DNA from: Adineta vaga
Taxonomy: Eukaryota > Animalia > Rotifera
Reading direction: 5' to 3'
Assembly: GCA_021613535.1 (NCBI GenBank)
Contig: CP075493.1
Location: forward strand, 1,364,001 to 1,428,000
Length of the DNA: 64,000 bases
Shown here one piece after another: positions 13,090 to 23,891 of the stretch. The notes beneath the pieces are model-generated. The model was not told the origin of the DNA. It ran no database searches and was given only the letters and a program-made list of their open reading frames with translations. How positions within the stretch are numbered: position 1 is the stretch's first letter; every line of letters begins with the position of its first letter. The position numbers and the translations under genes are program-made.

Positions 13090-13500
13090 ATGGTAAACTC
13101 TATGAATTCATATCATTTTCAGACTGATTTGTTCAAAAAAACTGAATCATAATAATGACGACTGTATTCAAGTAGATCCATTTATTATGGTTTATACTAT
13201 CAGAACAAACAAAACAGAAAGCGAAGAAAGAAGAGAGTAATAACTGTTTTTGTAAAACACTCACACAGAAAAAAGACGAGAAAATACTATGTAGAACAAG
13301 TAGAGATTATAATAATAATAATAATAATAATAGTATAAAAAAAGGAAAACTGATTGTTGAAAGAATGAGTTCAAGTATGATTTTGTTTTCATATAAATAA
13401 ATATATACAAAGAATACATATGTAAAGTTAATACGCGGAAAAACGAAACTTTCTTTTAGATAGAATAATTGATATACAGAAGAAGAGGAAGAAAAAAAAA

Positions 13501-16122
13501 TTACGTGATTGTACAACATGAACGAATACAAGATGAACACGGTGTACAATAACAACAGCAACAAACTGAACAAGATGCCGATTGCTGAATGAAAGGTGGA
13601 GGTGTTCGAGGAGCAAAATAAGCATGAATATTTAAATCAGGATAACGTATCTAAATCATCAATATTCAATTCAATTGAAATTGCAATAGCGAAAATACCT
13701 GAATTTTTTTTACGGCATTTTTCGTTATCTGTTGACAATCAAATATATCTAGACGTCGAAGATTTTGACAAGCAAGTAGATGATCAATTGATGTATCGGT
13801 GATCGTTGGACAATTATCCAGCTCAAGTATTCGAAGATTTTCTTGTGCACTAACACTCGAACCAATATAACGAACACCTTCATCAGTTATCTGTTCACAT
13901 CGAGAAAGAGTCTAGGAAGAGAAAAATTACACAATTCAAATTAATTCTAATAATCAAATCGATCATTTACTAGTATACGAATATTAGGGCAATTATCAGC
14001 TAAATGTCGTAATGTTTCATCAGTAATCTAGAAAATGTTTTGAAAAGAAAACTAAGATTCTAAATCGAATCTTAAATTCTTACAGCTGTACAATCTTCCA
14101 GATCGATTCGTTGCAATAAATGACATCCCTACAAAGTGTACTTTTATACGCAAAACAAATTCAATCAATACAAAATCTTACTTGAGCCATTGCTAAAAAT
14201 CCTGCATCACTAAATTGTGAACATAAAGTTGCATCTAGTTTTCTTAAAGATAAACAAAAAAAACAAATTCTTTTTTCCTATACTCATTTGCATCTCATAC
14301 TTCAATTGATGACAATATTTGCCCAATGCTATCAATGTACTATCTGTTAAACTTGAACAATTAGCGATAATTAATGTTTCAAGTAATGAGCAATATTGTG
14401 TTAAAGTAACAAGTCCATCATCAGTCAAGGACTAAAAATTAAAAAGAACAAAGTAAAATTATTAAACGACTTTTTCAACTTACAGAACATCGATTCAGAT
14501 CAAGAAATAATAAATTTGAACAATTTTTTCCCAAATACATAGCCGCATTATTTGTCATCTAAATAATTTTCTTATCAAAACTCTTTTTTTCAAAAAACAG
14601 TCTTTCCTATCATACATGTGTACATCCTTCAGCTTTAAATGTTGTTAATTTAGGACAAGATTCTGCGAGTATTCGAATACCATTCTCAGTAATATTCATA
14701 CACCATGAAATATCCCACCATTCCAAATGAGAACAATTGGAACTAAAGAAAAACACGAATAGAAAAAAAACTCATTTTCTAGGAAAAAGTATTCTACCTG
14801 ATCATTTTAACTCCTTGATCGTCAATATTTGAACATGATGAAATATTAATTGAATTTAAATATGAACAATGTTTACTCAAATAAAGTAAAGTACTATAAA
14901 AAAATACAATATTGATTTTTCATTTCGAAAGTTATTTAGTTACGTATTAGTTAATTTGTCACAATGTTTGATAATTAATCGTTCTAAATTTGGACAATGA
15001 CTTGCGAGAATTCTAATTAAAAAGAAAGACATATTCGGAATTCTTTTCTTTAGGAAATACGAGTCATTTACCGCATATTATTATCTGTGATAAATTTACA
15101 ATTTTCAATATTTAATTTTTTCAAAAATTTTCCACAACGTTCACTTAAATTTTCTAGAACAGTTCCCTAAAACGAAACGAAAAAAGAAATAACAAGAGTA
15201 TAGAAGGAAATCTCTTGTTTATACATCAATATCACGTTGAAAGTTTTTTAAATTAATACTTTGCCAATTGGAACCATCTAATGCCAATGTATTCCAATAC
15301 TATGAAAACAGAAATAGAAAGAATAGATTTACAATCGAAATCTATACTTTGGACACTTGTGCACATCGACATAGAGATTGATAATCGAGAAAAGAGAAGA
15401 TTCTAAAAATGAAAATATACAAATATAAAATTGATTCTATTATTATATATATATGAAATGTTTTCATAGGACTAGTACTTGAAATGATAGGAAAACGATT
15501 TCCGGTTTCGTTCTTATATATAACTTTTATTAAGTTATTCAGTCCTTATGATAGATATTTGTTTTCTGGAAGTAAACTTTTATTATTATTTGATAAATAT
15601 TCTTTTCAATTAGATTTTTGATGTAGAAGAGAAGTAGTGAATACATTTAATACAGACTGAAAATAATTTACAAGAAATGCATCTCATATTACACATCTGT
15701 TTCTCAATGGAATTGCATTTATATTTTTCTTTTATTCGAATAATTGATTATTTTTACCTTAAAACTAATTCTTTTGGTAATTTTTTATCGAGTAAACAAA
15801 AATTTTCATCTGGAATTGTTTCTAGTTGTGTATTCGTTTTTGCTGAATTATTGATTAAATCAAATAAAAGTCGTCGTGAACGTTGTGCTGATGAAATATT
15901 TAATAAAGGATGTAATGAATCATCATTAGGTTGACTTAAAATTCCTGTTGTAGATGAATCATTTGAACTATCATTTGTTGATTTATTAATATGTCCATTT
16001 GCTGTTGCTAATGATGATGAAGTATGACTTGATGAATCTGTTGGAGATCCAAGATTTAAATGATTATTATCTGAAGAATTTTGACCGACAGTACGTTTGA
16101 AAAATGTACGTATAGCAGCCAT
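13501..16122 (-). CDS. FBXL20: F-box/LRR-repeat protein 20/2
   Basis: F-box LLDKKLPKELVLRIFSFLDYQSLCRCAQVSK-YWNTLALDGSNWQ, then multiple Cys-containing LRR exons, LELDNCPTITD, and C-terminal HAYFAPRTPP...SCCTIT* (CaaX-like). FBXL2 versus FBXL20 is not resolvable by eye. Confidence 0.9.
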
Positions 16123-17234
16123 TGAAAATAAACGAATGATAATGACTTAAAACGAACAGTTAAAAATAATTTTCTTTAAACATGAATTTACCTCCTCATG
16201 AACAAGATCGAATGTGATTAGAATGTAATCAAACTTCGTAAATAATCACATTGTTTTATTCGGAATATATTCGATGCATTGCTCACGCGCTTCAAGCGCG
16301 AGCAGATGGTTTAAATAAGATTTTAGTCTAAAATATTAGAAATATTTCATGGTATTGAAAAAACGAAATTAATCTTCTTCTCAATAACGCATCTCATTTA
16401 TTTTAATTATGAGAAAAATCACATGCCTATTTATTTTTTTCTCTATTCTATTCTATTCTATTCCCATCAGTCAGGTATTTGTTCTGTTCTGTTTTGATTA
16501 TATTGTTTACAATTGTCAAAAATGTGTATTTTATCGTTGCAATTTAAGTTTTTTAAAATTCTTTTCGAAGAAAAAAATCGCAATTTTTTTCGCTTTTGTT
16601 AAGTGATCTTTATCAAATGTACAGATGGCGCTAGTGAAAGAGTAAACTATGGATTGGTATGTTCAATCATTGACACAAAACTAAACAGACAGTTGAGTTA
16701 TGACGGAAGTCAGCGTGATCATATCTGATTAGAAAATATATTATAGAATGAGAATCTTTTACAAATATGATTATCAAATGTTATTAAGATATGAACCGTC
16801 TATTATGATTTTATGTCAAGATAAATTTGAGTTCATATATATATAATGACTTCGTATTTGGTTGGAAACAAAGAAAAGCAATCTGCATCGTGTTTTCCTC
16901 TTAGAAAATATGATGTTGTTTCAAGTCTCTAGATACTCTCAAAATATTAATTTTCATTGTCTTATCGTGTACAAGATGGAACTCTAAAAAAATGAAAGAA
17001 TTCTACTTGAATACAGATTGAATAGTTTAATAGTTTGGGTGCAAACATGAATTGAATTAGCACATACGTGTGAATAATGTAAGATGAATGAGACCGCTTC
17101 AGATATGTGTAATTTTCATATATCTAAAGAAATCATTTAAAATTCGTTCGACTGTATTGAAAATAACACAATGGATTCTGATACTCTAAACTAGCGTTAA
17201 GACGATGAAGATCACCTTCTATATATTGTTTTTC

Positions 17235-17905
17235 CTGAATAAATTAAGAAAATCCGCTCTTTCTACTCATATGTCACAGTTTCGCATTATCATCTCTGGA
17301 TTTTTGTATAGATGAACAATTGATATGTTCAGCAAGTATTCTTTCTTCATCATCATCTCGAACAACTGGAAAGAAAGGCATCAAAGGTGATCCAATCGTT
17401 ACTGGAATTCGACTTCGTCCATTCTTCGAACGGTAACAATTTAAAGTTAAGCAAAGATTATTTAGATTTATTCTACTATCTCTAGAGAATCTTCAATTGA
17501 TGATATACCAGCTGTTCAAATATTCGAGACAAATGTTATTTGCACGCAAAATGGTCGACCACAAATATTTAAATTTACAAATTGTTTTGATTCATTAGCT
17601 AATAATGTAATTATATATGACAATATCAGCGGAAGGTCTATTCGTTCTTTTTTTCCTATAGAAAGATGTTTATGATGGAATGATTCGATCGGCTGTACTT
17701 GCTTCTTTACAAGGTTACAACACAACTGTCTTAGCTTATGGTCAAACAGCATCAGGTGATTTATATTTTGAAGAAATCCAAACGGTTTACTATTATTATT
17801 TTTTCAAAAGGAAAATCTCATTCAATCTTGAGTTGATCAAATGTAAAGAAGGAACTCTTTCATTAAGTGTCGATTGTTCGACAATGAATGCCAGTGATAA
17901 CTAAA
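17235..17905 (+). pseudogene. Inverted partial paralog of the kinesin 5' region (exons 1-5 start)
   Basis: Homologous to ~9060-9755. Start codon lost, first donor GT>AT (CTC|ATATG), frameshifts after GKSHS. Central 195 bp (17547-17741) are nearly identical to 9230-9424. Confidence 0.88.
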
Positions 17906-18290
17906 ATTCTCTGAAAGAATTTGTAAAAAGTACAGGTCATATGATCACAAAAAAACGAATTATACTTGTTATCCTGGATGCTTTTATTCAGTAACAATCA
18001 TAGTTCAATATAAATAACATAGCATGTAGAAGAAAAACGAAACATATAGAATGTCGATAGAAAAGGTAAGTGTATCCATGTAGCGTTATTCTCCGTGAAC
18101 GCCATCTAAATGAAAAATGAATTCGCAACACAAATCGAGATTTAATAGCTGTTGTTTAATCTAATATGAATTTTATTAACTTACTATTATCACGAATGCG
18201 ACGGAGATCCTCTAATTCAGCATTCTTGAGGCATATCTCATGCATTTTCATGGTAAGCAAAGCTACATGTCGAAATGACCGATTGTCAGC

Positions 18291-18465
18291 AACATATGGT
18301 ATCGTCGACTATTTTAAATGTGCATTTAAGTTATATGGTGTAAATGCTTTGCATACCGTTATCAATCGGTGTCGTTCCCACTGAGAACGCTTTTCGTGTG
18401 TCCAGTGTGACAGAGGGGTCCAAGGCAATCTCACTTTGCTCTTTACCTTCCAACACCCACCCTCA
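18291..18465 (+). mobile_element. Interspersed repeat copy 3 (inverted relative to copies 1 and 2); candidate Athena/Terminon 3' end
   Basis: Ends CCAACA-CCCA-CCCTCA (reverse complement TGAGGG-TGGG-TGTTGG). Adjacent antisense spliced mini-ORF 18251-18086: MKMHEICLKNAELEDLRRIRDN|NGVHGE*. Confidence 0.6.
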
Positions 18466-19875
18466 AGATGAGAATGAATTATTTGTCAAGCTTGATGAAA
18501 ATGAAGAAAACAAATTACAAAAAGTCTTTGATAAGCTGTACTGTAGTTTGAATAAATCAAGGTATGTAATATCAATCTACACATACGTATAGGAAGGACA
18601 AAGTATCGTTTCTTTATAAACTAGAAATTTCTAAACCTGTCTTTTATAGTCAATCGGTAGAAGCGGAATTACATCGTACATTGTACCCGCAAGAACGTGT
18701 CCGTATCGTATATGATGGCGGGAAGGTATTCTTGAATCTTCATCTTCCAAATTCAACAATTTTCCTATGTTTTTTTTTTCAGTTTTACGACGCGCAATTA
18801 ATACGTTTTGCCACAGAAACTCAAAACTGGTAATGAAATCCAAGCACAAACGATATGCGCCAATGTGGACTACTATTTCGCGTATTTTTACGATAGACCA
18901 GTGATTTTTTTAATAAATGTTCTTACTAGAAAAAGTGTTACATTCATTATTACTAAAAATATAATTTGACAAGCGGAATAAGAATGTCATGATCTTAGTA
19001 GTAACATTGAAGTAGAAATTATTTAATCAATTGTTCTCGAGGAAAATAGTGTGTTGAATAATGTAAAAGTATACAAAAGTGCAATTACATGCTGACGTAT
19101 CACATGTGAAAAAAAGAAAACAAACAAATACATCAGTCCTATCTTATCTTATAATGAATGTTGTGAATAAAGTATTGGCTTTTTGACTTTAGAAGCATGA
19201 ATTAGGTCTAATGTTACGTATAAAGATCAAATGAAGTTGTTAAAGAAAATATTACTAGTATTTGCTGGTTATTTTTTAACATGAAAGTATTTAAAACTGG
19301 TACAAATTGAAAAATTTTCTCAGAATCAAAGACAACTTTTTTCACCAAACTTGTTTTCTGAGAATATCTCTGAATGGCAAACTAAAACAAATACCAGAAA
19401 AGTCGAAATCGACTATGATGAATATAAATAGTATGAAAGATTGTACGAATATCATAGTTAATAAAATTTATTATTCTGTGTAATTTTTTTTGTTTTATCA
19501 GAAATCACGAAAACATTGCCGTTCTTTTTCTTACACAACAAATCGCTATTGTATGTTATAACAGCATAGACATACAACTGTTTATTAGTACTAATAATCT
19601 ACGTGTAAAAGTATATATTGAAAACAGGATTAATGGTTTTGTGATAGTTTTATACTTACATTTCTGGTTCGCAAAGAAAAATTTTTGCTGAGATATCTTT
19701 ATGAATATCGGAAAATAAATCCGGATAGAGATTTCTAGTATCGATATTATAACGGAAAGAAAATGAATTTTATTAAACATGAATAACAAATATGCATGAC
19801 AATGTTATGTTTCATATGAAATTCAGTTTGGTAAAAGCAGTAAATGATTGATTGATGAAAAAAAAAGTGAATATT

Positions 19876-21038
19876 TTATTTTGACATTGGATGAAGATGT
19901 TCATAGTTTGAAGATGAGAAATTATGATAGATCGGTTCTACAAATATTGAAAATGAATCTCAAAAGCAAAACAAACAATGAAATAAAGTATTTTTACCAT
20001 CAAAGTTAGGAGAAGATGCAGTTGAACTTGCAGTTTTTCCATATGGATCACATCGTACTATACCTAATGAACGCATTTGCTTTTCTATTCGAACAGATGG
20101 ATTTGCATATTGAATAATAACATTATTTGGAAGTTGTTCATCGAAATTAGATATTGAATTATCATTGTTTGTCATGGCTTTTTCATAAATAACTTGACGT
20201 TTTTGTTGTTTGTATGGAAGCCAACGTTCAACTATAATATCAGGTGGTTTAGCAGGCATCGGCGGTAAACGTTCAATAATAACGCGGCGTGTTGTTTGTT
20301 GTTGAGCAGACGAGACTTGTTTATAAATGATCTATGAGTTTTCATGAATATGTCTTGCTAATTTTTAAATCTAGAAATATCTTTTGATTTATTACCTTTG
20401 GTGTAGTATAAGCTGGTGGAGTTGGTGGTCGTTCTCGAATAATAATAGGTGGTGGTGTAGGTGGTGCTGGAGGCCGTTGTCGAATAATAACTAAAATAGA
20501 GATTTGATTATCAGATTCTTGAAAAACGAATTCTTCATCTAATCTAACTCGGTGGTAGTGGTGATGGTTCACGACCTCGAACTTCTCGAATGATTAATGG
20601 AGCTGGTGGTGGTGGTGTGGGTGGACACAAATATCGAACAGCAATTTGTTGTTTATAAACAATAGTTTGATGATTAGGATCTACTGTTTTACGAATAATT
20701 TGAGGTGCTGGATCATAATTAACTGGATATTGTGCTAATTGATGCTCACGAATGACAATACTTGGTCGACGAACACGTGGAATATGTTCTTCTTCATCTT
20801 GATCTATACATCGAAAATGACTTCCATCATATCTTTACTTCTCATTGAAATTATCTCATATGTTACCTGCTGATGGTTCTCGATCAATTTTCGTTCGTTG
20901 ATCTGCAAGATTTTCATATGTCTTCGTTCCCGAGACTGGTTTCAGCATCATTGATTGACTCTTCTGAACATAAAAACTCGCATCATCACCTGCTTCTTCT
21001 TCGTTCAACATTTGTTTTCGGTCAACCATTTCGTTCAT
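19876..21038 (-). CDS. Proline-rich protein of the rotifer-expanded DPxPQIIR / PPTPPPP-PLIIRE / PPDIIVERWLPY family, 5 exons
   Basis: Spliced open frame MNEMVDRK...YDPAPQIIRK...YKQQIAVRYLCPPTPPPPAPLIIREVR...KPPDIIVERWLPY...HPMSK*, with GT-AG introns. Confidence 0.85.
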
Positions 21039-23891
21039 TTTGACCTTGTTCTCTCATTCAGACATGGTCAACAAAAAGCATTCATCCGTAACCTTTCCCA
21101 TCATTGATAATTTCAATATTCTCTTTCTTTTTTCTCTTTCATTTTCTCACACATGTTTAATAAAAATATAATCACTCAACATTTTATCGACGAATAATTT
21201 TATTTCATCAAACATACGAAAAACTTTATTATCATATATGAATGTGATCTCATTTGCAAATTCTTTTCCTAATTAAAATAAAACTAAATTTGATAGTAGT
21301 ATACACGTATTATTCTATAGTCGTTTGAGAGAATTAGAGAAACAGGTGCTTCAGTAGGATGACCTTTTGTTATACGTTTTATTGCCTCTTTAGAAAAGAA
21401 TGATGAATTGTTAGGAGGGATGTCGTCAATGATCTTTAGCTAAAATGGGAATAGAATGATCTACTTAATGTTTTTTCAGCATCGTGTCAAAAATATCGGA
21501 TGCAAAATGATCAATATTCAAATACAACGGAAATGTCTTCGTTCACAAATATATCATTACAACGTCAAGTATAATTATATAATAATGATGAAGAATAACC
21601 AACTATCTCTGATTCTAATATAATCTCAAAATCTGCCGATACGATTGACAACATATGCATGTTATTTCTACTCGCCAGATCGACTAGATTATCATTACAG
21701 TTGAATTCTTCTGTAAAAACAAGTTCGAATACCAATCATACCTTGACTAGTAGCGATAAGAACAAATCTATTCTATTTGATAAAAATACTCGTTTGAATA
21801 CATTACCTATCTCTTATAGAACGTATCTATCTACTAGTATCGACCTAATGATGTTTCTTTTTTTTATATCTTTTAGTGTAGAATAAATTAACTGCAACGA
21901 ATAGAAAATCTATTTGCTAGAAGTATTGAATTAAAGAGAAACATCGATGATTTTTATCGGCATCTATCATACTGGCATATAACATCAAAAAATTTCTTGG
22001 ACAATAGTTTGAATTTAATTCATATACAGAAATGGTCTTTCTGAAGTATTAATAAACAGTTTATTTATAGAATTTTACAAATCGAAGGAAATACAAAGGG
22101 ACGTTTTAGTTCAGCACCTTGCATAAAAGAAGGTCAGATTTGTGGAACTTTCTTTTCGAAATATTTCTCGACTTCGAATACCTTTTGGTTAAGTTTTGTG
22201 AAAAATATTTTCTTTTACTTTTACGTATCGAAATATTTCTGTTTTGGATGAAAATAGACATGTTGTTGTCATATATAGAACATTGATAAATGTTCTGTGA
22301 AGCGTTATGTTCGATGTTAGTTATAATTAGATAGTTTAGATATTTTTCTCGACAGTCGATTATCATAAATGTGTTACTACAATTTCATTCCGCACAGTAG
22401 ATTTTCAACATTATTCAATATAAAAATCTATCAGAGGAAAAATATCTTCATTTAGATTTTGTTCTTTCTCATTTCTATTAATTCATTCACGTTCTCTCTA
22501 GGTTAATAAATATCTGTATATCAATATGTCTCTATTACAGTTATCGAGGAAACGGTATAATTAGAAGAAGAAATTGAATATAGAATAGTAATTTATATTT
22601 CTGGTTTATTTTTGTAATCAAACTAATGTCAATTATAAAAGAAACCTCGTATTGTGATTTAAGTCAACATTGTTGTGCTTCATCGAATAGTCTAGTTAAG
22701 AAGTGTAATAGTCATTGGCTCTATTCTGTTCTTTCTATCGTCGTTGATGAATATAAGCGATAGAGTATTTTCACATGATTAGACTAAACCGATTATTGCG
22801 AGTGTAGATGTAAGTGTGAGTATATGTGCAGAGATATAGTCTTCTTTTACTCGAGAGTTCGGAATGAATAAGTAAAAGAGAAGAAAACAGTTAAATAGAA
22901 TCGGAGAAGGAAACAGAGAACAACAAATCTTCTTCTTTGATTATTATAAATTTTCTTTTCGGAACATCATTTGTTTTTATAAGGAAAATTCGCCGTTCGA
23001 AGTCATCGATTTCTTTTTGTCTATACTCAATGACTTCGAGAATTTTTCACATATGTTTTCATCTTTTAATCAAGAATTCTTCAATCAGTTGAGTTTATTA
23101 TCTACAATTGAATTCTACGTTCTATTAAACTTTTCCGATTTTATAAATAAATATGAACAATATTTGAATAAACATTCATTCAAATGGCCTAGAAGGTATA
23201 GTCGGTTAAGTGCTACCATCCATATCAACTAAAGTTCATGCGACGAAAAGAAATTATTGACTATATGAGAATAGAACTGAATTGTATATATTGAACTTTA
23301 GTGATTATTTAATGTAGAAAGATTCTCTTACTAATGATGATGATAATTAATGTTAAAATTAGTTTTCTATCATTTAAAAGAGTAAGTATTGCGTGTATAT
23401 ATGTGAATGAGTCGTCGAGCTCGACTCGACAAGTACTACAGTATTTAGAACATAGAGAAAATGATAAAAAGAAAGTTTTCTCGTCATTGCGTTCGCTTAC
23501 TGTTGTTGTCGGTGACGAAAATTGTTTGAACATCCTTATTTAATCATCATCATCATCATCCTCATCATCATCATCGTTCTTATCCGAAAGAAAGAATCGT
23601 TCGACGTAACAAAAAGAAAAAAAGAATCTGTCTTATATGTATTGACTCGTTCTTTCTTATTTAACTGCTGTGATTGCTTCCATATATATATTTATAGGTT
23701 TCTCTCCGTCATAAATTGAGGACATAGGAAGAAATCGAAGAAAAGAAAAGGTGAGAAAATCTTTGCCGTATATAAATAATAAAACTTAATGACAATTGTT
23801 AGATAGTCGTTCTAAATAAGTTAATTTAGAAATATTTCTTTTACTTTTTGATCAATAATAAGAAACTATTGGTTATTGCACATGGTGACCA

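Noticed and set aside
16281-16640. GC-rich mini-hairpin GCTCACGCGCTTCAAGCGCGAGC and CTCF/YY1-like CAGATGGCGCTAG upstream of FBXL20
   Set aside because: Plausible promoter elements, but single short motifs with no supporting evidence.
18631-18849. 72-aa ORF as a transposase fragment
   Set aside because: No recognisable catalytic motif; too short to assign.
21500-23300. Short ORFs and coding-like patches between the Pro-rich gene and the cyclase
   Set aside because: No consistent frame or recognisable motif.
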